In this document: piece by piece, positions 1 to 9,781 of the stretch
How the letters are laid out: each line of letters begins with the position of its first letter
Position numbering within the stretch: the stretch's first letter is position 1
Source: an uncultured cyanobacterium
GTDB lineage: Bacteria > Cyanobacteriota > Cyanobacteriia > Cyanobacteriales > CAWUOF01
Length of the DNA: 64,000 bases
Assembly: GCA_963744145.1 (NCBI GenBank)
Contig: CAVUSO010000001.1
Span: 3,712,001 to 3,776,000 of the forward strand
Direction of reading: 5' to 3'
The notes under the pieces: model-generated
Database searches by the model: none
Told to the model about the DNA's origin: nothing
Seen by the model: only the letters and a program-made list of their open reading frames with translations
Position numbers and translations under genes: made by a program

Positions 1-99
1 GGTTCAAATAGAGAATAGAGATTGGTAAACATTTATCTACACCCAAATTCATAAAATGAACAGGGTAAGTCTTTGTGCATATATGCTACTAACAATGTC

Positions 100-1452
100 T
101 TACAAGACTTCGTTTTCCAAGAAAATCTGTAATTTTTGAATTAGCTCATTGATCTCAACCCTTTGTTGCTCTCCATCTGCCATCCTTCTGATCAGAGCTA
201 CATTATTTTCAAATTCTTCCTGCCCAATAATGACAACAAAAGGGATTCCTTTCTTGTTTGCATATTTCATTTGTACTGCAAGCTTTTTGTCTTCTAGATA
301 TACTTCAGTATTGATTCCAGCCTTCCGAAGAAGTCCACCTATTCTCAAATATTCTTGTTGTCTATCTTTTTCTAGAGACATTACTAGCACAGACGTTACA
401 GTAGGTTTTGATGGTTTGATTACTCCCATTTCAAACAACTTTGGCAGTAATCTTGTAAGACCAATAGAAATTCCTACACCTGGGTATTTCTTCCCAGCAA
501 AATTGCTTGCTAAGTCCTCATATCTTCCTCCGCTACATATACTACCAATCCCAGCATGACCAGTAAGGCGTGTTTCATATATTGTTCCAGTGTAGTAATC
601 CAATCCTCGTACCATAGACAAGTCAACACCATAGTAATCAGAAGGAACACCCAACATATCTATTCCTTTCAGAACTGTGGTAAGTTCATCTAACCCAGTT
701 GCAAATTCTCCTTCTATATTTAGTGAACTGAGATAGTTTATCAATTCATCACTAGATGCTTTTTTTGAGAAAAATTCTAATATTGAATCGATCGCATGAT
801 TGGTTAAATTTGCTTGACTTAACTGTTCTCTAACCTGAGAAACTCCTATTTTATCTATAGCATCTACAATCCCAATCACATTCTGTATTTCTTCTTGCTC
901 AACCCCAGAATTTACAAGAAACCCTTGGAGAATCTTCCTGTTGTTTATCCTGATGTAAAAATGCCCAATGTTGAGTTCTTTGAATATCTGATAAATGACA
1001 AACGGCATTTCTGCATCGTTGAGTAAAGATAGCTCACCCTCTCCAATGACATCAATATCACATTGATAAAACTGTCTGTAACGACCTGACTGAGCGCGTT
1101 CACCACGCCATACTGGTTGAATCTGGTAACGACGAAATGGAAATGCCAAATCATTAGAGTGTTGTGCTACATATCGGGCTAGAGGCACAGTGAGGTCAAA
1201 ATGCAAGGCTAAATCTTTTCCATCATCTCCTTCTTCAGCCCGCAGTCTTCTTAAACCGTAGACTTCCTTACTAATGTTTCCTTTCGCAGTCGATAACGTC
1301 TCTATGCGTTCAACGGCTGGAGTTTCAATTGGTACAGCACCAGACCTCTCAAATCCTTTTCGGATTATGTCAATAACTCGATTGAACGTGATTTGTTCTC
1401 CTGGCAAAAATTCGGGAAAACCAGAAATAGGTTGAACATTAAATCCAGACAT
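100..1452 (-). CDS. hisS: Histidine--tRNA ligase (probably an accessory, laterally acquired copy)
   Basis: SGFPEFLP N-terminus, FDLTVPLARY, motif 2 WRGERAQSGRYRQFYQCD, RGLDYYTG, GGRYEDL, motif 3 GISIGLTR, C-terminal anticodon-binding domain. Confidence 0.95.
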   Translation of the reverse strand: MSGFNVQPISGFPEFLPGEQITFNRVIDIIRKGFERSGAVPIETPAVERIETLSTAKGNISKEVYGLRRLRAEEGDDGKDLALHFDLTVPLARYVAQHSNDLAFPFRRYQIQPVWRGERAQSGRYRQFYQCDIDVIGEGELSLLNDAEMPFVIYQIFKELNIGHFYIRINNRKILQGFLVNSGVEQEEIQNVIGIVDAIDKIGVSQVREQLSQANLTNHAIDSILEFFSKKASSDELINYLSSLNIEGEFATGLDELTTVLKGIDMLGVPSDYYGVDLSMVRGLDYYTGTIYETRLTGHAGIGSICSGGRYEDLASNFAGKKYPGVGISIGLTRLLPKLFEMGVIKPSKPTVTSVLVMSLEKDRQQEYLRIGGLLRKAGINTEVYLEDKKLAVQMKYANKKGIPFVVIIGQEEFENNVALIRRMADGEQQRVEINELIQKLQIFLENEVL

Positions 1453-1482
1453 TTAAAACTCTCTTTTGATTAAGTTATGTAA

Positions 1483-2196
1483 TTACATTCTTGGGTCAAA
1501 GTAGTCTTCTAAACCCAATTTTTCCACCAAGAATTGGGCAGCTTCCTGACCCGTGTATATTCTGTTCATTGGCATACATACATTTCTGATACGCGGTTTT
1601 GCCCACAAGTGTGGTAGCTGGTCTGCTACACCACCAGTTCCGTATATAGCTACGACATATTTAGGTGTGTCGTTATTTTTAATTAGTGATTCATTTATTT
1701 TTTGAATGTGAGCGCATTCTGTTAGTGTGCCTGCACTCCCACCAATAACTATCATTCCATCAATCAAAGACGTCCAAGTAGCACCTTCATCGCCCCATCG
1801 TGATTCTCCAATCATAGGATGTACACAAATTGATAAATCAAGCAGCGAGGAATCGAGAGCATACTTTCTGCCCTTCCTAGGAAATACTCCAATAGTTTTG
1901 AAACCATATTCCTTTGCTTTTTTAGTCGCTAATTCTGGAATACCGCCCTCGGTTCCGCCTGTTAAAATTGCTATTCTATAGCCTCGAAAAAGTTTTAGGG
2001 CATCGGATATCAATCTGTCATGCAATGTATTTCGGAATGCGATATACTTTAACTGCAAATCATCATCATCTGGAATTCCCTGCAATTTATCATCAGCACC
2101 GCCAGAAAATCCAATAACTTTGTGAATACCCTGCTCTTTCATAAACGAGGTAACTTTCGATGCGTAGTCCTCCTTACCAATAATGTCAATCAACAT
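1483..2196 (-). CDS. SLOG superfamily (LOG/Smf-DprA-like) nucleotide-binding protein
   Basis: IGFSGG, ILTGGTEGG, TIGVFP, WGDE and IGGSAGTLTE motifs match the SLOG Rossmannoid pattern. Confidence 0.75.
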   Translation of the reverse strand: MLIDIIGKEDYASKVTSFMKEQGIHKVIGFSGGADDKLQGIPDDDDLQLKYIAFRNTLHDRLISDALKLFRGYRIAILTGGTEGGIPELATKKAKEYGFKTIGVFPRKGRKYALDSSLLDLSICVHPMIGESRWGDEGATWTSLIDGMIVIGGSAGTLTECAHIQKINESLIKNNDTPKYVVAIYGTGGVADQLPHLWAKPRIRNVCMPMNRIYTGQEAAQFLVEKLGLEDYFDPRM

Positions 2197-2410
2197 TGTG
2201 AATCCTCATATAAAAAAAACATCACAACACTGGAGCAACATAAATTCAAGAGCAGATAGATGATTTTGACATTGTGTTTTCACTGATATAAAAACCATAA
2301 ACGACTTTATTGTCTTCCTATTATTCCTTAGAAATCGAAGGTTTGTATAGTCTCAAAAGGTATTATTTTGCCGACAAATTTCTTCTGCTTTTACTTTCTA
2401 TTAATCTAGT

Positions 2411-2470
2411 TTTGTACGAAAATGTACGAGAATGTAATAAAAAGTCCAAAAATGTGATGTATAATGTGCG
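2411..2470 (+). promoter_or_regulatory. 10-bp phased direct repeats plus TATAAT -10 box upstream of the NB-ARC regulator
   Basis: TGT/AGT at 2413, 2423, 2433, 2443, 2453 (TGTACGAAAA, TGTACGAGAA, TGTAATAAAA...); TATAAT at 2460-2465. Confidence 0.5.
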
Positions 2471-2494
2471 AAATGCTCCTATATCCTAGCACCG

Positions 2495-3889
2495 ATGAAT
2501 CTTAAAGAAATGTTAAAATTTGCTGATGAGATAGTATTTGCCAAAACGGGTCAGCACCTTGACGATTTACAAGCAGCGGTACTGCGAGGTACTCTGCAAC
2601 GAGAGACATATAAGGAAATAGCTAAGGATTTTGATTGTTCAGAAAGTCGTGTTAGAGAAGTAGGATCAGAATTATGGCAGATACTTTCAGAAGAGTTAAG
2701 AGAAGAGGTCAGTAAATCAAATTTTAGATCGGCTATGGAGAGAGTGCAATTTTCCATATATTCAAATATTGCACAAGAAGAATCGGTGCAAATTATTTGT
2801 GGTGAAAGTAGACACCTAGCAGATATATCAAAGTCACATCCATATAATGAGGAAACATCTAACACAAAACAACCTCAAAATCTACATCAAGATTTAAGCG
2901 TAATGCCAGATTTGGGTGCTTTTTACGATCGCACTCCCGAACTCGAAACTCTCAAAACCTGGATTTTACAACAAAGCTGTCGCCTCATCTTACTCACAGG
3001 TGTGAGTGGTATCGGCAAAACCTCATTAGCGGTACAACTCGTTCAACAAATAAAAAATGAGTTTGAATATGTAATTTGGTGTAGTCTAGACGCATCCCCC
3101 ACCTTAACTGAATTTCAAGATCAACTGATCCAATTTTTCTCCCAATCAGAAAAGCTAGATTCATCTGCAAGTAACCAAAAAACCTTACCGCTAATTAAGT
3201 ATTTGCAAAAACATCGCTGTTTAGTAATTTTAGATGATATTCACAACCTTTTCAGTAGCGGTGAATTAGCAGGTAAATATCAACCAGGATCTGAAGAATA
3301 TCGTTCTTTTTTCAAACAGATAGAAAAATTATCTCATCAAAGTTGCTTTCTGTTAATCGGTTGGGAGCAACTGAGAGAAGTTACTCAAGTCAAAAATCAA
3401 AATATCCCTATTCAGACTTTACAGCTCACTGGTTTAGACATCACAGCGGGACAGGAAATACTAAAAGATTACGGGTTAGCAGAAATCGATGACTACTCAA
3501 TACTCATTCACCGCTACCAAGGTAATCCGTTATACTTAAAAAGTATCGCGACTCTGATTCAAGAATTGGGAGGATGCGGGACTGAGTTATTACCCGATGA
3601 TCCCATATTGTTACCAGAAGATTTGAAAGATGTTTTGCAGCAGCAGTGCGATCGCTTATCCGAATTAGAAAAACAAGTTCTCTCTTTATTAGCTCAAGAA
3701 CATGAACCAGTTAATCTGGCAAAATTACTAGAAAATGCTAGAATCCCATCGTCAGATTTACTAACCGCATTGCAATCTTTATTGCGACGTTCCTTAATCG
3801 AAAAATCAACAAATCTTTATACTCTTCCACCTGTGCTGATGCAGTATATAAAATTATTATCACCTCACATTAGTTCTCCAAATAGTTAA
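2495..3889 (+). CDS. HTH + NB-ARC (STAND) ATPase with C-terminal winged helix; putative transcriptional regulator
   Basis: N-terminal TYKEIAKDFDCSESRVR helix-turn-helix, Walker A GVSGIGKT, Walker B LVILDD, GNPL motif; no WD40/TPR sensor tail. Confidence 0.85.
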   Translation: MNLKEMLKFADEIVFAKTGQHLDDLQAAVLRGTLQRETYKEIAKDFDCSESRVREVGSELWQILSEELREEVSKSNFRSAMERVQFSIYSNIAQEESVQIICGESRHLADISKSHPYNEETSNTKQPQNLHQDLSVMPDLGAFYDRTPELETLKTWILQQSCRLILLTGVSGIGKTSLAVQLVQQIKNEFEYVIWCSLDASPTLTEFQDQLIQFFSQSEKLDSSASNQKTLPLIKYLQKHRCLVILDDIHNLFSSGELAGKYQPGSEEYRSFFKQIEKLSHQSCFLLIGWEQLREVTQVKNQNIPIQTLQLTGLDITAGQEILKDYGLAEIDDYSILIHRYQGNPLYLKSIATLIQELGGCGTELLPDDPILLPEDLKDVLQQQCDRLSELEKQVLSLLAQEHEPVNLAKLLENARIPSSDLLTALQSLLRRSLIEKSTNLYTLPPVLMQYIKLLSPHISSPNS

Positions 3890-4039
3890 GAAAATATGCT
3901 TTATTTGCTGATTGTTACAACAATATATAGGTAATTGATTATAGACAGGCGATCGCACTGTACTATCATAGAATAAAAAATATCTGATGTTTCAGAAAGA
4001 TTCAACTATCAAATATCAAAAACTCTTTAATCTCAAAAA

Positions 4040-4267
4040 ATGACCCAAATCACCACGACTGAATTACCCCAAACGCTCCAGACTCTATTGATAGAGGTCG
4101 AACGGACTAAAACTCCCCTAACCGTCATCCATGAAGGAAAACCATTAGTAATTATCTATCCTGCTACCACCACCTCACGCCCCACATTTGGTGCAATGAA
4201 AGGAAGTGGTGAAATATTAGGGGATTTAATCGCTCCTGTAGCGGAAGTCTGGGAGGTTTTAGAATGA
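4040..4267 (+). CDS. Phd/YefM-like type II antitoxin
   Basis: 75 aa, PLTVIHEGKPLVII, FGAMKGSGEILGDLI..WE tail; overlaps the PIN gene by ATGA. Confidence 0.75.
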   Translation: MTQITTTELPQTLQTLLIEVERTKTPLTVIHEGKPLVIIYPATTTSRPTFGAMKGSGEILGDLIAPVAEVWEVLE

Positions 4268-4491
4268 AACTTTTACTCGATACCCATATTTGGCTTTGGT
4301 ATTTACTCGGTGACCAACGCTTATCGCAACCATTGCAAACGGCGATTGCCGATCCTAACACTGAAATTTGGCTGAGTCCAATTAGCATTTGGGAGACACT
4401 CATCCTTGCAGAAAAAAGACGGATAGGGTTAAAATTAGCTACGGTTGATGCTAACATTGCAGGTAATTCAGCCTTACAAACACTCAGTTAG
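4264..4491 (+). pseudogene. VapC/PIN toxin with internal in-frame deletion
   Basis: MKLLLDTHIWLW...SPISIWE start and LATVD end are present, but the ORF is only 75 aa and the central DPxD-containing segment is absent. Confidence 0.7.
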
Positions 4492-4520
4492 GCAAACTTC
4501 ACCCGTTACAATATTTAATT

Positions 4521-4940
4521 ATGTCTGCTAAAGATATATTTCACAATATAGTCCGATCAGCTTTGGAGAAGGATGGATGGATAATTACCCATGATCCACT
4601 GTTTTTACAACCTAGTCAGGAAGTTAGAATGAAGGTAGATTTGGCAGCACAGAAGTTATTATCGGCACAAAAGGGGAATCAAAAAATTGCTGTAGAGGTC
4701 AAGAGTTTTATTGGTCTATCAGCAATCTCTGAATTTCATATAGCCGTTGGTCAATTTCTGAATTATCAGGTAGCCTTAGATAAATTAGACCTAGAATGGA
4801 TACTGTATTTAGCTATACCCACGGATATTTATCAAGATTTTTTTACAGATTCATTTGTGCAAGAGGTGGTTAAACGATTTCAAATTAAGTTGCTGGTTTT
4901 TCATATTCAGAAACAGGAGATAGTGCTATGGATAGATTAG
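4521..4940 (+). CDS. xisH: XisH family protein
   Basis: MSAKDIFHNIVRSALEKDGWIITHDP, IAVEVKSF, GQFLNY, LYLAIP. Confidence 0.92.
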   Translation: MSAKDIFHNIVRSALEKDGWIITHDPLFLQPSQEVRMKVDLAAQKLLSAQKGNQKIAVEVKSFIGLSAISEFHIAVGQFLNYQVALDKLDLEWILYLAIPTDIYQDFFTDSFVQEVVKRFQIKLLVFHIQKQEIVLWID

Positions 4941-5260
4941 ATTATCGCGAATTGGTAAAAAAAATTATCCAACAACACGCCAACGAGCGATCGAAGGAAG
5001 ACCCGAATCAATCTCAGATTGTTTTTGATGAGGAACGCGATCGCTATTTATTGCTATATGTTGGATGGCGAGATGAAGAACGACTACATGGATGTCCAAT
5101 TCATATCGATATTCAAGATGGAAAAATTTGGATTCAGCGAGATTTTACAGAGGAAGGAATTGCTTATCAATTGACAGAGATGGGCGTACCCAAAACCGAT
5201 ATAATTTTAGGATTTCGTTCACCTTATATTCGACAATTCACTGAATTTGCTGTAAAATAA
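4928..5260 (+). CDS. xisI: XisI family protein
   Basis: HIDIQDGKIWIQRDFTEEGIA, GVPKTDIILGF; overlaps xisH. Confidence 0.92.
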   Translation: MDRLDYRELVKKIIQQHANERSKEDPNQSQIVFDEERDRYLLLYVGWRDEERLHGCPIHIDIQDGKIWIQRDFTEEGIAYQLTEMGVPKTDIILGFRSPYIRQFTEFAVK

Positions 5261-5433
5261 TTCTGGTTGGGATAGCATCTTGTCCTGGATAATCATCAGA
5301 GCTATTTACTTGACGACCAATGCTAATTGGGACTGCCAACAGCAGTGCGATCACTCATAAATTTTCCCAGGATTTAAGCATGGTAAATCAAAATGTATGT
5401 TAAACTAGAAATTAGCCTTTTTCTTTATTTACT

Positions 5434-5775
5434 ATGACACTAAAAGAATTAGAGCCTCAACTGCTAGCACTATCTGATCATGAAAAAGCTCAAGTTGTAC
5501 AACTTCTATCTCAAGGCAAAATCACTCTCGGACGTGGGATTGAAAAAAAGCCTGGTGTTTGTGGTGGTAGTGCCTGTATTGTGGGAACTCGCAGTATCGT
5601 TTGGGGGTTGGTAGAAGCTCGTCAGATTGGATATAGCGAAGCTGATTTACTCATTAGCTATCCATCTCTATCTGCAACTGATCTGGCAAATGCTTGGGCT
5701 TATGCTGAAGCTTTTCCCCAGGAAATTGAAACAGAAATTCGGGAAAATACTCAAGAGATGTACGAGGATTCATAA
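5434..5775 (+). CDS. DUF433 family antitoxin
   Basis: PGVCGGSACIVGTR, YPSLSATDLANAWAY. Confidence 0.85.
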   Translation: MTLKELEPQLLALSDHEKAQVVQLLSQGKITLGRGIEKKPGVCGGSACIVGTRSIVWGLVEARQIGYSEADLLISYPSLSATDLANAWAYAEAFPQEIETEIRENTQEMYEDS

Positions 5776-5778
5776 TCG

Positions 5779-5898
5779 ATGGCGCGTCTCTATGCCGATA
5801 AACAATATCCTTATCCTGTGGTAGAATTACTGCAAATTTTAGGACATGATGTCTTAACTGTTCAAGAAGCAAATAACTGTATAACAACCTGTAGCTGA
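5779..5898 (+). pseudogene. Truncated DUF5615 PIN-like toxin
   Basis: Hand translation MARLYADKQYPYPVVELLQILGHDVLTVQEA then drifts to a stop after 39 aa; directly follows DUF433. Confidence 0.7.
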
Positions 5899-5927
5899 AT
5901 CTGGTAGGTTTTAGAATGAAACTTTTA
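5888..5927 (+). repeat. Degenerate copy of the antitoxin/VapC junction at 4235-4275
   Basis: CCTGTAGCTGAA-TCTGGTAGGTTTTAGAATGAAACTTTTA vs CCTGTAGCGGAAGTCTGGGAGGTTTTAGAATGAAACTTTTA. Confidence 0.8.
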
Positions 5928-5952
5928 ATAGTCTCTAACTATACAAGTATAC

Positions 5953-6306
5953 TTAAATTAGGCGATCGCATGATGTTAATACCAATATGCTTTCTGTTTC
6001 CCGATGCCAAAATTCAATTATTGTGTTAAAATGATCTCTCAATATCTGCACAATCTTGAAGGTTGGACTATTGCCAATCCGGAGATAGATAAATTTGGGC
6101 GGATGACCATAAAGCAAACTACGTTGATGAAAATCAGCATCTTTGGAAACAATCATAAAATCATTCAACTTTGCATATTCCCAAATAATTGAATCATCGG
6201 TATTTATTAGTGCCAAAGTTTTGACATGAGCCGAATCAGGATATAAATCGATGATCCGATGAATGATCCTGTCTGACAAGTTTTCGTCCAGTAGTAGTTT
6301 CACCAA
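5953..6306 (-). CDS. DUF5615 PIN-like toxin
   Basis: KLLLDENLS, DDSIIWEYAK, IVSKDADF, GHPPKFIYLRIGN. Confidence 0.88.
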   Translation of the reverse strand: MVKLLLDENLSDRIIHRIIDLYPDSAHVKTLALINTDDSIIWEYAKLNDFMIVSKDADFHQRSLLYGHPPKFIYLRIGNSPTFKIVQILRDHFNTIIEFWHRETESILVLTSCDRLI

Positions 6307-6524
6307 GATGCTACGAATAATTTTTTCTCTCGTTCAGCAGCAAAGGTAAGACAGGCTTTGATGTCTTCCGAAGTAAGTTCCGAAAAATCTTCGAGAATTT
6401 CTGCCTCAGTCATCCCACCAGCTAGATAATCTAGGATATCGTACACAGTAATTCGCATTCCTCGAATACAAGGCTTACCGCTACGTTTTCCTGGTTCAAT
6501 TGTGATAATTTCATGGTGTTTCAT
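6300..6524 (-). CDS. DUF433 family antitoxin
   Basis: PGKRSGKPCIRGMRITVYDIL, EILEDF.ELT.EDIKACL. Confidence 0.92.
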   Translation of the reverse strand: MKHHEIITIEPGKRSGKPCIRGMRITVYDILDYLAGGMTEAEILEDFSELTSEDIKACLTFAAEREKKLFVASW

Positions 6525-6555
6525 CAGTTTTTTTTTAAATCATGCTTCTTAACTA

Positions 6556-6763
6556 TTATATCCCATATTTGTCCTCAATCACGATCAACCAGTTGTAATG
6601 ATGATCTATTAGTTCAGGACTCACCAAGCGTAAAAACTTCCCGATAACGCTGACACCAGGCATCTTTTTCAGCTTTAAGCCTAGCTAAGTCTTCTGGTGA
6701 TCTCCTAAATTCAGGAAATAACCTACATCGACGGTGAGGACGATTTGATCTTGTTTGAGTCAT
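6556..6763 (-). pseudogene. Frameshifted, truncated small hypothetical gene of a type seen in cyanobacterial TA clusters
   Basis: Hand translation MTQTRSNRPHRRCRLFPEFRRSPEDLARLKAEKDAWCQRYREVF, continuing in another frame as LVSPELIDHHYNWLIVIE. Confidence 0.5.
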
Positions 6764-6906
6764 TGCTCGAATTTTTATTCAACTAGATCCAGTTATATCT
6801 GCCATATTCCCAAGCATAAGCTGATATTTCTCGCACTAAGACCAATCTGTGAGAACATGAAAAACAGAGAAAAAACATCACCAACTGGAAACCTGATGTA
6901 AACCTT

Positions 6907-8124
6907 ATGCAAACCTTACCCAATCCAACTAAAACCCGTCAACTGACTACTGATACTACCATCCATCGCCGCCAAACTCGTGCTGTACCAGTCGGGAATG
7001 TGATCATCGGTGGTGGACATCCGGTGGTAGTACAGTCGATGATTAATGAAGATACCTTAGATCTAGATGGATCTGTGGCGGCAATTCGACGTTTACATGA
7101 AATTGGTTGTGAAATTGTTCGGGTGACTGTTCCCAGTCTAGCTCACGCGATCGCCTTAGCACAAATTAAGGAAAAATTATTAGCTACTTACCAAGCAGTT
7201 CCTCTAGTCGCTGATGTCCACCACAATGGCATGAAAATTGCCCTAGAGGTAGCTAAACATGTAGATAAAGTCCGGATTAATCCGGGTTTATATGTATTTG
7301 AAAAACCAAAAGCCGATCGGGTGGAATATACTCAAGCAGAATTTGCCGAAATTGGGGAAAAAATTCGCGAAACCTTAGCACCCCTAGTCATTTCCCTCCG
7401 CGATCGCCATAAAGCCATGCGAATCGGGGTAAATCACGGTTCTCTAGCCGAAAGAATGTTATTTTCCTATGGTGACACTCCCGCCGGAATGGTAGAGTCA
7501 GCCATAGAATTCATCCAAATCTGCGAATCTCTAGACTTTTACAATCTCGTCATCTCTCTCAAAGCTGCCCGAGTACCAGTCATGCTAGCAGCTTACCGTC
7601 TAATGGTCCAGAGAATGGATGAACTGGGAATGAACTATCCTCTGCACTTAGGAGTTACCGAAGCAGGGGATGGAGAATATGGTCGGATCAAATCAACCGC
7701 AGGAATAGCGACTCTATTAGCTGATGGGATTGGTGATACCATTAGAGTGTCCCTGACAGAAGCACCAGAAAAAGAAATTCCAGTCTGTTACAGCATTCTC
7801 CAAGCTTTGGGATTGCGGAAAACCATGGTGGAGTATGTAGCTTGTCCTTCCTGTGGTCGGACGTTATTTAATTTAGAAGAAGTTCTCCATCAAGTCCGGG
7901 AAGCAACTAAGCATTTAACCGGGTTAGATATCGCAGTTATGGGTTGTATTGTTAATGGTCCAGGAGAAATGGCAGATGCTGATTATGGTTATGTAGGTAA
8001 GCAACCTGGTTACATCTCTCTGTATCGTGGGCGTGAAGAAATTAAAAAAGTTCCTGAAACTGAAGGTGTTAACGAGTTAATTAGTTTGATCAAGGCTGAT
8101 GGTAGGTGGGTAGATCCCAGTTGA
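6907..8124 (+). CDS. ispG: (E)-4-hydroxy-3-methylbut-2-enyl-diphosphate synthase
   Basis: [46 protein letters not shown]. Confidence 0.97.
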   Translation: MQTLPNPTKTRQLTTDTTIHRRQTRAVPVGNVIIGGGHPVVVQSMINEDTLDLDGSVAAIRRLHEIGCEIVRVTVPSLAHAIALAQIKEKLLATYQAVPLVADVHHNGMKIALEVAKHVDKVRINPGLYVFEKPKADRVEYTQAEFAEIGEKIRETLAPLVISLRDRHKAMRIGVNHGSLAERMLFSYGDTPAGMVESAIEFIQICESLDFYNLVISLKAARVPVMLAAYRLMVQRMDELGMNYPLHLGVTEAGDGEYGRIKSTAGIATLLADGIGDTIRVSLTEAPEKEIPVCYSILQALGLRKTMVEYVACPSCGRTLFNLEEVLHQVREATKHLTGLDIAVMGCIVNGPGEMADADYGYVGKQPGYISLYRGREEIKKVPETEGVNELISLIKADGRWVDPS

Positions 8125-8307
8125 GCATTAGAGCTGGCTAGATCCCAAATCCTAACCCAAGCAAACTTTTGAGATTTTTCCGGACTTGGTGGCAACCGAA
8201 TGGGAGAAAGACTTAATAACATTATTTGCTGACCCATTGCTGACATGAAACTGTGCTACAGTGGGCGTAAATCGCTTTCAGTCTTTCTTCTCCGGCTCAG
8301 CAGACTT

Positions 8308-9604
8308 ATGGTCATTACAAAAAGTAAGCTCGTAATTGGGGCAACAGCAGTAATGGTGGCTGCGGTTACTCTTACAGGTACTGGGATTCATCTTTCTAAG
8401 GGATTGGCTTTATTAAAAGAAAGTCCCAAAGATTTGGTTGATGAAGTTTGGCATATTATTAACAACAATTATGTAGATGGCACCTTCAATCAAGTTGATT
8501 GGAAACAAGTACGCCAAGATTATGTAAAGGATTATCCTGATCAGCAGGATGCTTATAAAAACATCCGCGAAATGCTGAAAAAGCTTGGTGATCCCTATAC
8601 TCGGTTTATGGACCCAGAAGAGTTCAAGAATATGCAAATTGATACTTCTGGAGAATTGACTGGTGTTGGTTTGCAATTGGCCCAAGATGAAGAAACCAAA
8701 AAGCTGGTGGTAATTGCTCCGATCGAAGATACCCCCGCTTTTAAGGCCGGAATTCAAGCTAAAGATGTTATCCTCAAAATTAATGATAAAACTACCGAAG
8801 GTATGGATACTAATCAGGCAGTTAGTCTGATTCGTCTGTCCAGCCAACTCGACCGTCACCCTCACGATTGGGCGAACTACTCAGCAAAATCAAATTAAGA
8901 CCATGGATTTTACGCTGAAAAGAACTCGGATTGAAATTCATCCAGTCCATTTTGCTTATCACCCTGATCAATTAAATGGTGTCGGTTATATTCGTTTAAA
9001 TCAGTTCAGTGCTAATGCAGTCTCGGAAATGCGCAAAGCAATCCAGGATTTAGAAAAAAATAATGTAACAGGATATATTCTTGATTTGCGTTCTAATCCT
9101 GGTGGGTTGCTCTACGCTAGCGTCGAAATTGCTCAGATGTGGCTGAATGACAGTACAATTGTTTCCACAGTTTACCGTCAAGGTGAAAGAGATCGTCAGG
9201 TGGCCAATCATCAGGCTTTGACCAATAAACCCTTGGTAATTTTGGTAGATGGAGGATCGGCTAGTGCTAGTGAAATTCTCTCAGGAGCGTTACAGGATAA
9301 TAAGCGTGCAGTTTTAGTTGGAGCAAAAACTTTTGGTAAGGGTTTAGTACAGTCGGTCCGTGGTTTGTCTGATGGCTCTGGTTTAGCAGTGACGATCGCT
9401 AAATACTATACTCCTAGTGGTCGCGATATTAATCATGCCGGAATTGAGCCAAATTATAAAATTGAACTCACGGACTCTCAACGTCAAATGTTAAGGAAGG
9501 ATCACACTAAAATTGGCACACCTAATGATCCTCAATATGCCAAAGCACTAGAAGTTTTAAAGCAAGAAATTGCTACTGGAAGTCGAAGTGTGGTAAATAA
9601 ATAA
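8308..9604 (+). pseudogene. ctpC: Carboxyl-terminal processing protease (S41, CtpC-like) split by a +1 frameshift near 8836; could be an assembly error
   Basis: ORFs 8245-8898 and 8903-9604 join seamlessly (AVSLIR / PANSTVTLTIGRTT...MDFTL) if one base is removed; PDZ domain, DLRSNPGG, SASASEI, TFGKG present. Confidence 0.8.
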
Positions 9605-9781
9605 AGCTCAGGTCAAAGGCTAGGTTCTGATTCAGGCTCTCTGATAAGCATCGATCCATAACTTGGTAGCATCTATAATCCTACTCTGAAAAGAATCATA
9701 GCCTTATCCCATTGTCCTGAATCATTGCCTGGATCGAGAATACTGAATAAGTTGTTATTCCTCTCCTCTGGTTCAGTTGGT

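Noticed and set aside
100..1452. HisZ (ATP-PRT regulatory subunit) instead of HisRS
   Set aside because: Catalytic motifs and the C-terminal anticodon-binding domain are intact.
1483..2196. Thoeris system
   Set aside because: The SLOG domain is stand-alone; no SIR2, Macro or TIR gene is visible in the window.
4521..5260. fdxN excision element
   Set aside because: No XisF-like recombinase or interrupted fdxN; xisHI pairs are common stand-alone modules.
9616..9706. Imperfect long inverted repeat after the protease gene
   Set aside because: Several mismatches, no TSD and no second copy; cannot be called a MITE or terminator.
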